Shown here: one piece after another, positions 28,407 through 36,834 of the stretch
Numbering within the stretch: the first letter of the stretch is position 1
Layout: each line of letters opens with the position of its first letter
Assembly: GCA_016939365.1 (NCBI GenBank)
Contig: JAFGHD010000084.1
Coordinates: 576 to 64,575, forward strand
DNA length: 64,000 nucleotides
Reading direction: 5' to 3'
Source of the DNA: Bacteroidales bacterium
GTDB lineage: Bacteria > Bacteroidota > Bacteroidia > Bacteroidales > JAFGHD01
Made by a program: the position numbers and the translations under genes
The notes under the pieces: generated by a model
Databases searched by the model: none
The model's input: the letters and a program-made list of their open reading frames with translations, nothing else
What the model was told of the DNA's origin: nothing

Positions 28407-29285
28407 ATGTCCGCGGAGAGGAACCATATGGAACTTGATGCACTGATTCGTTTACTAGACGAACCTGACCAGATGATCTACGGAAAGATCCGGGAAAAGA
28501 TCCTGTTATATGGAACGGAGGCCATTCCCCGGCTGGAACACGCATGGGACAATTCCTTTGAAGGGATCATTCAGGACCGTATTCTTGAGATTATCCATCG
28601 AATTCAGATGGAAAACCTTTTCGTGGAGCTTGGTCGATGGAGGATGCTGGAGAGTCATGATCTCCTCAGGGGTTATTTTCTGATCAGCAGGTATCAGTAT
28701 CCTGATCTCAGGGAGAAGGATATCCGTGATCAGATCGACCAGATCCGGAAGGATATCTGGCTTGAACTTAACAGCAACCTTACGGCCCTGGAGAAGGTAC
28801 AGGTGATCAATCACATACTGTTTGACATACACCAGTTCAGCGGCAACAAAACCAATTTCGAGGCCCCTTCCAATTTCTTCCTTAACGAAGTGCTTCAAAC
28901 ACGAAAAGGCAATACCCTGTCCCTGGGCATTTTGTATATTTTGTTGGCCAGAAGTCTGGATATGCCGGTATTCGGTGTGGACCTTCCGCAGTATTTCATC
29001 CTTGCGTATGCCGATTTGGAATATGAAGGTGCGCTTGAAATGGTCAGGGATGACGAAGTGCTGTTCTATATCAATCCGTTCAACCGTGGCGCGGTCTTTA
29101 CGCGCCGCGAAATAGAGCTGTTCATCAGGCAGATGAAGATTACGGAACAAAAGTCTTTTTTTATTCCCTGTGATCATCTGACCATCATCCGGCGGGCCAT
29201 GGAGCAACTGATACATGCCTTTGAGAAAAGTGGAAATCCCCAGAAGGCGGAAGAACTCAGAAAGCTCAATCAGGCACTTGATTGA
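28407..29285 (+). CDS. SirB1/UPF0162-type transglutaminase-like protein
   Basis: 292 aa. Core KGNTLSLGILYILLARSLDMPVFGVDLPQYFILAY resembles the SirB1 N-terminal transglutaminase-like fold, followed by a helical tail. Confidence 0.65.
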   Translation: MSAERNHMELDALIRLLDEPDQMIYGKIREKILLYGTEAIPRLEHAWDNSFEGIIQDRILEIIHRIQMENLFVELGRWRMLESHDLLRGYFLISRYQYPDLREKDIRDQIDQIRKDIWLELNSNLTALEKVQVINHILFDIHQFSGNKTNFEAPSNFFLNEVLQTRKGNTLSLGILYILLARSLDMPVFGVDLPQYFILAYADLEYEGALEMVRDDEVLFYINPFNRGAVFTRREIELFIRQMKITEQKSFFIPCDHLTIIRRAMEQLIHAFEKSGNPQKAEELRKLNQALD

Positions 29286-29880
29286 TCCGGCTTTGGCGGA
29301 ATACCCTTCCCAGTGTCTTTAGAATCACGGAAAGATCCTTGAAAAAGCTTCGGTTTTCGATATATTTGAGGTTCAGTGCAATTTTGGAGGGCATGATTTC
29401 TTCGATGTAGGCCTTTTCAGGATCGGCATAACGTTCAAGGATCCCGTTTTCATCTGCAAAAGCTATGGATACCGGATCGGTGAGACCCGGCCTGACGGTG
29501 AGAACTTTCTTTTGGGATTCTGTGTACAATTCAACATATTTCCTGACCTCAGGACGGGGGCCGACGAAACTCATCCGGCCGGAGAGGATGTTGACCAGTT
29601 GAGGCAGTTCATCCAGTTTATGCTTTCTGAGCCATCTGCCGGCCCCGGTGATCCTTGGGTCTCCGGGCAGCGTCAGAAGTCCCTTGTTCATGGAGTTACG
29701 GTGCATCGACCGGAACTTCAGCAACCAGAACTCCTTCCCGTAGCGGCCTACCCGACGTTGCCGGAAGATGACCACTCCCGGGGAATCGATTGCTATCCAA
29801 ATGGCGATTACCATGAAAAGCGGCAGGAGGGCTATGATACCCAGCAGGGAGCCTGCTATGTCGAAAAGCCTTTTGGCCAT
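29266..29880 (-). CDS. small monotopic phosphoglycosyl transferase (bacterial sugar transferase, PglC/WbaP C-terminal type)
   Basis: 204 aa. MAKRLFDIAGSLLGIIALLPLFMVIAIWI re-entrant helix, KFRSM, DELPQL and VGPRPE motifs. The 3' end overlaps the convergent upstream gene by 20 nt. Confidence 0.9.
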   Translation of the reverse strand: MAKRLFDIAGSLLGIIALLPLFMVIAIWIAIDSPGVVIFRQRRVGRYGKEFWLLKFRSMHRNSMNKGLLTLPGDPRITGAGRWLRKHKLDELPQLVNILSGRMSFVGPRPEVRKYVELYTESQKKVLTVRPGLTDPVSIAFADENGILERYADPEKAYIEEIMPSKIALNLKYIENRSFFKDLSVILKTLGRVFRQSRINQVPD

Positions 29881-29901
29881 GTGTATGAGGAAAAGAAGGG
29901 A

Positions 29902-30927
29902 TCAGCCGTGCATGCTGCGGAACTGCCTGATGAACCGGACGTCGTTTTCAAAGAAAAGCCGGATGTCGTCAATCTGGTACTTCAGCATGGCGGTTCTTTC
30001 AATCCCGATACCGAAAGCAAACCCGGAATATTTTTCACTGTCAATCCCGCAGTTCTCCAGTACATTCGGGTCCACCATGCCACATCCGAGGATTTCCACC
30101 CACCCTGAGTACTTGCAAACGCGGCAGCCTTTACCACTACAGATGAGGCAGGAAATGTCCATTTCTGCCGAGGGCTCTGTAAAAGGAAAGTAGGATGGCC
30201 GGAACCGGATACCGATTCCTTCCCCGAAAAGTTCTGACGCGAAATAGTACAGGGTTTGTTTCAGATCTGCAAATGATATATCCTCGTCGATATAGAGGCC
30301 TTCTATCTGGTGGAAGATACAGTGTGCCCGGGCTGAAATTGCCTCGTTCCTGAAGACCCTGCCCGGGAAAATGTTCCGTATCGGAGGCTTTTGTCCTTCC
30401 ATGACCCTTATCTGGACAGATGAGGTATGGGTTCGCAGCAGAATGTCAGGACTTTTTTCAATGAAAAAGGTGTCCTGCATATCCCTCGCCGGGTGGTCGG
30501 CAGCGAAATTCAGTGCGGTGAAGTTATGCCAGTCATCCTCTATCTCAGGCCCCTCCTGGATCGTAAATCCCATCCTGGAAAAGATACCGTTCATTTCACG
30601 GCCGACGATAGAAACCGGATGCCCCGCGCCCAACTCAAGGAAATTTGCCGGCAGTGTAAGATCCGTGTCCCGGTCGGCCTTCCGGGGGTCCTGCTTCTTC
30701 AGTTCTGAATGCTGTTCGAGCTTCAGCAATACAGCCTGCTTCAGAGTGTTCACCATTTGCCCTGCCTGCCTTTTACGGTCGGCGGGAAGGTCTTTCATCT
30801 CTGAAAAAAGACCGGTGACGATGCCCTTCTTGCCTAGCCAATGCACACGAAACGCTTCCAGTTCCTCCCTGTTCGAGGGGGAAACCCCGGATATCTCTTC
30901 CAGGTATTGGCGGATGATTTCTTCCAT
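29902..30927 (-). CDS. pheS: phenylalanine--tRNA ligase alpha subunit
   Basis: 341 aa. Class II aaRS motifs (HPARDMQDTFF, FPGRVFRNE, GFAFGIGIERTAML). Confidence 0.97.
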   Translation of the reverse strand: MEEIIRQYLEEISGVSPSNREELEAFRVHWLGKKGIVTGLFSEMKDLPADRKRQAGQMVNTLKQAVLLKLEQHSELKKQDPRKADRDTDLTLPANFLELGAGHPVSIVGREMNGIFSRMGFTIQEGPEIEDDWHNFTALNFAADHPARDMQDTFFIEKSPDILLRTHTSSVQIRVMEGQKPPIRNIFPGRVFRNEAISARAHCIFHQIEGLYIDEDISFADLKQTLYYFASELFGEGIGIRFRPSYFPFTEPSAEMDISCLICSGKGCRVCKYSGWVEILGCGMVDPNVLENCGIDSEKYSGFAFGIGIERTAMLKYQIDDIRLFFENDVRFIRQFRSMHG

Positions 30928-30930
30928 TAT

Positions 30931-31566
30931 TTATTCAAGGATCTTGATCGTCATGGTCACCGGCTCCACGGGGCGGTCACTGGCGTCGGTTTTTACCGAA
31001 GCGATCTTATCGATCACATCCATGCCATCAACCACTTCTCCAAAAACGGTATAGGCGCCGTCGAGGAATGGCGTTCCGCCAGAATGGATATAGGCCTTTT
31101 TTTCTTCTGATGAAAACTCCCTGCCGGTATTGGCTCCCATCATATACAGATCCGCATCCGTGTATGTTTTACCCTGCACAATATAGAACTGTGAACCGGA
31201 AGAGGCTTTTTCCGGATTCACCTGGTCGGCCTGACGGGCGGCAGCCAGGGCTCCTTTTTTATGGAAGAGGCCCGGTACGAACTCTGCGGGAACCTTATAA
31301 CCCGGGTCCAATCTTCCGTCTGCATTTTGTCCTCCCTGGATCATGAATCCCTTGATTATGCGGTGAAACGGAGAGCCCTCGTACCAGCCTTCATTCACCA
31401 GCTTGATGAAATTGTCCCTGTGCTGGGGTGTTTCATCGTACAAAACCGCCTTTATATCCCCAAAGGATGTGCTGATCAGTATCATGGTGCGTTCCTCGTT
31501 TGGTTTATCCTGGGAATAGCAGGTTGCAGCCACAAGTGTGGCCAGGATCAAAAGTGACTTTTTCAT
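30931..31566 (-). CDS. cyclophilin-type peptidyl-prolyl cis-trans isomerase, periplasmic
   Basis: 211 aa. Signal peptide. FHRIIKGFMIQGG, GSQFYIV and YTVFGEVVDGMDVIDKI blocks. Confidence 0.93.
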   Translation of the reverse strand: MKKSLLILATLVAATCYSQDKPNEERTMILISTSFGDIKAVLYDETPQHRDNFIKLVNEGWYEGSPFHRIIKGFMIQGGQNADGRLDPGYKVPAEFVPGLFHKKGALAAARQADQVNPEKASSGSQFYIVQGKTYTDADLYMMGANTGREFSSEEKKAYIHSGGTPFLDGAYTVFGEVVDGMDVIDKIASVKTDASDRPVEPVTMTIKILE

Positions 31567-31575
31567 ATTGAATTG

Positions 31576-32334
31576 TCATTGGGGTTTTTTTTCAATAATA
31601 CGGACATTCATTTTCACATCCTTGAGCGGCTTGTCCATGGCATCTGTCTGAACGGTTGCGATCCTGTCGATCACTTCCAGACCATCAACCACTTCTCCGA
31701 AAACCGTATACTGGTAATCGAGAAATGGGGTGCCGCCGATAGTCCTGTAGATTTCCCGCTGTTCATCGGAATACTTGAATTTACCCTGGTTCTCGGTCAT
31801 GGTGATCTCCTCGTCAGTGACCTTTCTCCCCTGTACGATGTAGAACTGGCAGCCGGAGGATTCGCGGGCGGGATTCACATGATCGCCCGTCCTGGCTGCG
31901 GCAATTGCCCCCTTTTTGTGGAAATACTCCGGGACGAATTCTGCCGGGATTCGGTAATCCGTATCCAATCCGCCCTTGCCGGCTCCGCCCTGGATCATGA
32001 AACCGTTGATCACCCGGTGGAAGACCGATCCGTTATACCAGCCCTCCCTGGTCAGCTTGATGTAATTATCCCTGTGATGCGGTGTCTCCGGGTAAAGGAT
32101 CGCCTTCATGTCACCGAATTCAGTACTGATCAGGATCATGATATCCTCTTCGGACTGATCCGGGGTCTCAGTGCCTGTTGTCAATTGTTGTCCGGGTATT
32201 TCTTCCTTTTGTTCCATTATGGAAGTATCCGCCGGTGCATTGTAGGGATCATTTCCTTCTGTTCCGGCAGGTCTGTTGCATCCGGACCAGATCAAAACCG
32301 GGATCCATACTGATAAAAACAAGTACCTCTTCAT
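31576..32334 (-). CDS. cyclophilin-type peptidyl-prolyl isomerase, lipoprotein paralog with a low-complexity linker
   Basis: 252 aa. Lipobox-like LIWSGC. About 60 aa of linker rich in acidic, Thr and Pro residues. Then FHRVINGFMIQGG, GCQFYIV and YTVFGEVVDGLEVIDRI. Confidence 0.9.
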   Translation of the reverse strand: MKRYLFLSVWIPVLIWSGCNRPAGTEGNDPYNAPADTSIMEQKEEIPGQQLTTGTETPDQSEEDIMILISTEFGDMKAILYPETPHHRDNYIKLTREGWYNGSVFHRVINGFMIQGGAGKGGLDTDYRIPAEFVPEYFHKKGAIAAARTGDHVNPARESSGCQFYIVQGRKVTDEEITMTENQGKFKYSDEQREIYRTIGGTPFLDYQYTVFGEVVDGLEVIDRIATVQTDAMDKPLKDVKMNVRIIEKKPQ

Positions 32335-32416
32335 TTTTTTCTGGATGATGGTGATAAACGATCCGCAAAGTTAGAAAATATCCGTTCTGGTTTTTCCCAA
32401 GAGGCAATGGGCCTGA

Positions 32417-32992
32417 TCAGGGATTCCTGGCTTTATAGCATCTTCGGCAAAGCGGCACATAGCTGTCGGTTTCTCCCAGAAGCACGAGCTTTTTTTCAGA
32501 TGCGGTTCTGAAGGAATAGTGAGCCAGATTGCCACACTCCATACAGATGGCGTGCACCTTGGTAACGAATTCTGCGGAAGCCAGGAGGCTGGGCATCGGA
32601 CCAAAAGGCTTCCCCTGGAAATCCATGTCCAGTCCCGCAACGATGACCCGTATGCCCTGGTCTGCGAGGATGTCACAGACGGACACCAGCTCGATATCAA
32701 AAAACTGGGCTTCGTCAATTCCCACGACATCCACCCCGGATGCCAGCAGAATGATCTGTGAGGCGGCTTGAACCGGGGTCGATTGGATCATCGTTTCATC
32801 GTGGGAAACAACATGCTGCAGGTCGTAACGTACATCCAGGGCTGGTTTGAATATCTCCACCTTTTGCCTGGCAATGCGTGCGCGTTTCAACCTGCGGATG
32901 AGCTCCTCAGTCTTGCCCGAAAACATGGATCCGCAGATTACCTCTATCCATCCGCGCCCATGCATCTCACCCGTAATGTGCTCCATGTACAT
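32417..32992 (-). CDS. tdk: thymidine kinase
   Basis: 191 aa. P-loop [22 protein letters not shown], and zinc-knuckle cysteines (CMECG...CRRC). Confidence 0.95.
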   Translation of the reverse strand: MYMEHITGEMHGRGWIEVICGSMFSGKTEELIRRLKRARIARQKVEIFKPALDVRYDLQHVVSHDETMIQSTPVQAASQIILLASGVDVVGIDEAQFFDIELVSVCDILADQGIRVIVAGLDMDFQGKPFGPMPSLLASAEFVTKVHAICMECGNLAHYSFRTASEKKLVLLGETDSYVPLCRRCYKARNP

Positions 32993-33131
32993 CTTTCAGT
33001 CAGGAAATCAGTATTTTTGTGGTCCGGTGACATGGCGCTACCCTTGCCCGGAGGCTTCTGACGCCAGATGTTACGGGACTCGCTAAGTTAGTCTATTTAA
33101 TGATTATGGAAAAAGTGACCCTGGGATTATA

Positions 33132-33242
33132 CTGATGCTGTTTGATTTTGCCTGTCTGCCTGTCCAACGATTTATCTGCCTTCCTGGAGGAAGACAGGTC
33201 GAAGTCATGACAGGCAGGCGAAGCAAAATCAAACAGCATCAG
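33132..33242. repeat. long imperfect palindrome / rod-like hairpin (about 110 nt) in a divergent intergenic region
   Basis: A perfect 19-bp outer stem (33132-33150 pairs with 33224-33242). A perfect 9-bp stem (33156-33164 CTGCCTGTC pairs with 33209-33217 GACAGGCAG). An inner CTGCCTTCC-TGGA-GGAAGACAG hairpin at 33176-33197. Pairing was worked out by hand. Confidence 0.7.
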
Positions 33243-33295
33243 CATATTTCAGACGATAAATGTCTGAATTTTAAAACTAACGAAATCAGACAGTT

Positions 33296-33303
33296 TAAAT
33301 TTG
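33296..33303 (+). promoter_or_regulatory. candidate -7 box TAAATTTG for the 33343 gene
   Basis: Exact TAnnTTTG match 40 nt upstream of the ATG at 33343. Confidence 0.4.
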
Positions 33304-33342
33304 CAAACCTGATTTCCGTCAGTATAAATTCATTTCAGCAAG

Positions 33343-34029
33343 ATGAAAAAGGAAGACACGCTTCATAAAATGTCGAAACTCTCCTCAGGAATTCATGAGT
33401 TGCTTCAATCCTGGAGCAGTGGAAAGGTTGAGATCCACCGGATCAGTGTGGACCTGATGATGCAAAAATTGCGTGATCTGTATGATCTGGCAGGGAGTCT
33501 GAAGGATGTCGTGAGTGCCGGTTCCGGTGTTACACCTGACAGTGGGGAGGAGCCCCCTGCATCCCCTCCTTCAATAACCGGGAAAGCAGCAGAAATGAGG
33601 GACAAACAGGATGGCGGTGAGCCCGCACCGCCCAGGGAAAAGGAAGACCGGTATACAGGCTCCAGCAGTCAGGATCTTTTCTCTGGGGTAAGCCTGGCAG
33701 ACCGTTTTTCAGCGGGAAGCCCCACCGTTGTGGATTCTCTTGCCAGGGATCAGAAGGGCAAATCTGTAGGTGAGGTTGTGAAGCCCGGTCAGCACCGGGA
33801 CCTGAAATCCCTGATCGGTATCAACGAAAAGTTCTTTTTCATCAATTACCTTTTCAATGGGAGCATGAAAGACTACCAGGAGGCCATCGCTGAGGTGGAA
33901 TCGGCATCGGGACATGAGCATGCCCGGATTCTGCTGGAAGGGCTCTCCAGCCGTTACGGCTGGTCACCGGACAGTGAAGCTGTGTTACAACTGAAAAAAC
34001 TGGTACTGGAGGTCTGTTTTGAAGAATAA
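33343..34029 (+). CDS. hypothetical protein (disordered acidic/Pro-rich centre, conserved-looking C-terminal helical domain)
   Basis: 228 aa. ATG start with a -7 box upstream. The C-terminal INEKFFFINYLFNGSMKDYQEAI segment looks like a folded domain. No function recognised. Confidence 0.6.
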   Translation: MKKEDTLHKMSKLSSGIHELLQSWSSGKVEIHRISVDLMMQKLRDLYDLAGSLKDVVSAGSGVTPDSGEEPPASPPSITGKAAEMRDKQDGGEPAPPREKEDRYTGSSSQDLFSGVSLADRFSAGSPTVVDSLARDQKGKSVGEVVKPGQHRDLKSLIGINEKFFFINYLFNGSMKDYQEAIAEVESASGHEHARILLEGLSSRYGWSPDSEAVLQLKKLVLEVCFEE

Positions 34030-35305
34030 CCATCACCTTCTCCCGCCCATCAGGCGCATCCTCTCGGTTTTCCTGGTTCTGCCCATTGTGTATTGTCGAA
34101 CCGGAGCGCAGGACCTGGGATATGTCCGTTCGTTGATGGACACACTTACATCGGAGGTTATGTGTGGCAGGGGTTGTTCCGGTTCAGGCGATCTGAGGGC
34201 CGCCCGATTTCTGGCCTCCGAATTTGCCAGGCTGGGGATGCATCCGTTCAACGGGGAGTATTGCCAGCCTTTTTCGCTGCAGATCAACACCTATCAGGAT
34301 TCGATCCATGTGGCGGCGGATTCCGAATGGCTTGACCCGGGCAACGATTTTGTTGTCCTGCCGTATTCGCCCACTGCAGAAGGAACATACGAGCTGACCT
34401 GGTTTTTATCTGACAGCAGCGGAAAGCCAAATCCACCGGAAGAAACGGGCTTGACGGATCTTACCGGCAAGGTGATCATCACCGACCTTGAGGAAAAGGA
34501 GTTTTGCGATTCCGCGCTTCAAGCAGCCGGTATCATTTTCATCCTGCCTCCTGAAAGGGATGTCTGGTGGCATGTGGCCCAGGCTGGGGAGGTAAAAGAT
34601 TATTTTGCCCTCAGGGTGCGTTCAGGCAGCATTCCTGAAGGGACCAAAACCGTCACAGTCTCGTGGCGGAACCAGTTTTACCCGGATTATAAGACTCAGA
34701 ATGTGATCGGATATCTGCCCGGCAAAGCCCGGCCCGGCCGGTTTCTGGTTGTCACCGCACATTATGACCATCTGGGAGCCATGGGACAGGTAGTATTCCC
34801 CGGGGCCCATGACAATGCGAGCGGAACTTCCATGATGCTTGATCTGGCAAGGTATTTCAGCACACCGGAACACAGGCCTGATCTTTCAGTGGCCTTCATG
34901 GCCTTCGGAGCGGAGGAGGCCGGATTGCTGGGATCCATGCATTATATCGGTCATCCCTTGTTCCCAATGGACAGCATCTCTTTTCTGGTAAACCTCGATA
35001 TGGTTGGATCGGGCAGTGAGGGGATCATGGTTGTGAACGGCAAGGTTCACAGCCAGGAATTCAGCCGGCTTGAAGAGCTCAACCGCAGGCACGACTATCT
35101 CGTTTCCGTCCGTTCAAGGGGCGAAGCCGCCAACAGCGATCACTTTCCATTTCATGCAAGCGGTGTCCCGGCCTTTTTTATTTATACTCTGGGCCCAGAA
35201 TGTACTGAATACCACACCATTCATGATACCCCGGAGAAGGTTCCCTTCACGGAATATGAATCTTTTTTCAAATTGCTGACCGGTTTCATTGAAACCTTCA
35301 GATAA
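34019..35305 (+). CDS. M28-family zinc aminopeptidase, secreted
   Basis: 428 aa. TTG start followed by a signal peptide. M28 metal-ligand blocks TAHYDHLG, GAHDNASG, GAEEAGLLGS and NSDHFPF. Confidence 0.9.
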   Translation: MKNNHHLLPPIRRILSVFLVLPIVYCRTGAQDLGYVRSLMDTLTSEVMCGRGCSGSGDLRAARFLASEFARLGMHPFNGEYCQPFSLQINTYQDSIHVAADSEWLDPGNDFVVLPYSPTAEGTYELTWFLSDSSGKPNPPEETGLTDLTGKVIITDLEEKEFCDSALQAAGIIFILPPERDVWWHVAQAGEVKDYFALRVRSGSIPEGTKTVTVSWRNQFYPDYKTQNVIGYLPGKARPGRFLVVTAHYDHLGAMGQVVFPGAHDNASGTSMMLDLARYFSTPEHRPDLSVAFMAFGAEEAGLLGSMHYIGHPLFPMDSISFLVNLDMVGSGSEGIMVVNGKVHSQEFSRLEELNRRHDYLVSVRSRGEAANSDHFPFHASGVPAFFIYTLGPECTEYHTIHDTPEKVPFTEYESFFKLLTGFIETFR

Positions 35306-35309
35306 AGAC

Positions 35310-35987
35310 ATGGGCAAACTGACCATCGTACCGACCCCTGTGGGGAATCTTGCCGATATGACCTTCAGGGCAATAGCGGTCCTCAGGGATGCGGACCTGA
35401 TCCTGGCTGAGGACACCCGGATCACGGCACGTCTTCTGAAGAAATACGGCATCACTACACCCATGCAATCCCATCACAAGTTCAATGAGCACAAGACGGT
35501 TGAGGCGATCACCGGGAAACTGGCGGCGGGTATGAATGTTGCGCTCGTCAGTGATGCCGGAACACCGGGGATTTCTGATCCGGGATACCTGCTTATCAGG
35601 GCATGTCTGCAGGCTGAGGTGGAGATAGAGTGCCTTCCGGGCCCGACAGCACTCATCCCCGCCCTGGTCGTATCCGGGTTACCCTGTGACCGTTTCACCT
35701 TCGAGGGTTTTCTGCCCCAACGGAAAGGGCGGGCGGCACGGCTCAGGCTGATGGCCGAAACCCCACATACGGTAGTCTTCTTCGAATCGCCGTTCAGGCT
35801 TGTCGCAACCCTCCGGCAACTGGCAGAACTCTGTGGCCCGGACAGAAACGCATCCGTTTCACGCGAGTTGTCAAAGATCCACGAAGAAACCATCCGGGGA
35901 ACCCTTGGAGAACTGACAGAATACTTTAGCAACCGTCAGATCAGGGGAGAGATTGTGGTGGTGATCCAGGGAACCGGCAAGCCCTGA
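35310..35987 (+). CDS. rsmI: 16S rRNA (cytidine1402-2'-O)-methyltransferase RsmI
   Basis: MGKLTIVPTPVGNLADMTFRAIAVLRDADLILAEDTR, SDAGTPGISDPG and FESPFR blocks. The ATG at 35310 lies 4 nt after the M28 stop. Confidence 0.93.
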   Translation: MGKLTIVPTPVGNLADMTFRAIAVLRDADLILAEDTRITARLLKKYGITTPMQSHHKFNEHKTVEAITGKLAAGMNVALVSDAGTPGISDPGYLLIRACLQAEVEIECLPGPTALIPALVVSGLPCDRFTFEGFLPQRKGRAARLRLMAETPHTVVFFESPFRLVATLRQLAELCGPDRNASVSRELSKIHEETIRGTLGELTEYFSNRQIRGEIVVVIQGTGKP

Positions 35988-36244
35988 ATCCGGCTGACCC
36001 GCCTGTCCGGGGACGTACACAGGTGTTGTATTCCGAACGGTATTTCATGCTTATTTTTCAGGAAGCAGAAGCTTAAAGATCACATATCCTGATTTTTCTT
36101 CTCCATGGCATGGTATTCGATGCTTCATTTTTGTAATGTCAAACAAATCACATTTTGAACCTCTTCAATATAATGAAATAAGGTATTCACTCCTCTAATC
36201 CTCTTTTTTCTCCCACCTTTGATGTTGGATGATGCATTGCGCTG

Positions 36245-36278
36245 AAGTCCCGGTACCTGCCGGGACTTTACTTTTTAT
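36245..36278 (+). terminator. rho-independent terminator-like hairpin
   Basis: AAGTCCCGG (36245-36253) pairs perfectly with CCGGGACTT (36260-36268). The loop is 6 nt. TACTTTTTATC follows. Confidence 0.65.
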
Positions 36279-36282
36279 CTGA

Positions 36283-36290
36283 TAAATTTG
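36283..36290 (+). promoter_or_regulatory. candidate -7 box TAAATTTG for umuD
   Basis: Exact TAnnTTTG match immediately after the terminator and 68-100 nt upstream of the candidate umuD starts. Confidence 0.4.
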
Positions 36291-36390
36291 ATCTGACATG
36301 GGATGATGTAGCTGAAGCGGTTTTTGTAAATTAGCCCATTGGAAGTTGAGCAGAAGAATGCCTTATAAACCAGCACAAGATGTTTTGATC

Positions 36391-36834
36391 ATGAGCAGGA
36401 AATCCACAAAGAACCCGGAATTTTTCATTCCCATGCCGGAAAGCGATGGTCAGCTGCCTCTTTTCAGCCATACCATTCCTGCCGGATTTCCCTCTCCCGC
36501 AGAGGATTTTCTTGAAAAACGCCTTGATCTGAACGAGCATCTGGTCACCAACGGACCGGCTTCCTTTCTGGTCAGGGTGAAAGGGGAATCGATGGTGGGC
36601 GCCGGAATTCAGGATAACGACATCCTGGTGGTGGATCGCTCCCTTGATCCCCTTCCGGGGAAAGTGATCCTGGGTGTCCTCAACGGGGAATTCACGGTTA
36701 AAAGACTGGAGAAGGCCCATGACCGGATATTCCTGGTGGCGGAAAACGAACGTTTCCCGAGAATCGAACTCCGCGAGGGAATGGACTTTCAGGTTTGGGG
36801 GGTGGTTACCTGGGCATTGCACCGCATGACCTGA
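36391..36834 (+). CDS. umuD: UmuD-like S24 self-cleaving peptidase (translesion polymerase V accessory subunit)
   Basis: Aligns by eye along its length with E. coli UmuD. Cleavage site AGFPSPAEDF (E. coli has CGFPSPAADY). Ser nucleophile in KGESMVGAGI. Lys in GEFTVKRLE. No HTH domain, so it is not LexA. Alternative starts at 36346 (TTG) and 36358 (ATG). Confidence 0.9.
   Translation: MSRKSTKNPEFFIPMPESDGQLPLFSHTIPAGFPSPAEDFLEKRLDLNEHLVTNGPASFLVRVKGESMVGAGIQDNDILVVDRSLDPLPGKVILGVLNGEFTVKRLEKAHDRIFLVAENERFPRIELREGMDFQVWGVVTWALHRMT

Noticed and set aside
31573-32313. 246-aa plus-strand ORF mirroring the lipoprotein cyclophilin gene. Similar long mirror ORFs lie opposite topA (8167-9083), the AlgJ-like and MBOAT genes (13561-16355), pheS (30371-31054), the SirB1-like gene (28506-29216), the LytTR regulator (40857-41525) and the C10 gene (62459-63178).
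   Set aside because: In every case the opposite strand carries unmistakable family motifs and the mirror ORF has none. These are antisense-frame artefacts of codon bias.
33135-33368. 77-aa plus-strand ORF covering the long hairpin
   Set aside because: Its sequence is dictated by the palindrome, so it reads through both arms. It has no start context and overlaps the -7 box and the start of the next gene.
36331-36822. 163-aa minus-strand ORF exactly opposite umuD
   Set aside because: The plus-strand product aligns end to end with UmuD, including the cleavage site and the Ser/Lys dyad. The minus-strand frame has no recognisable features.
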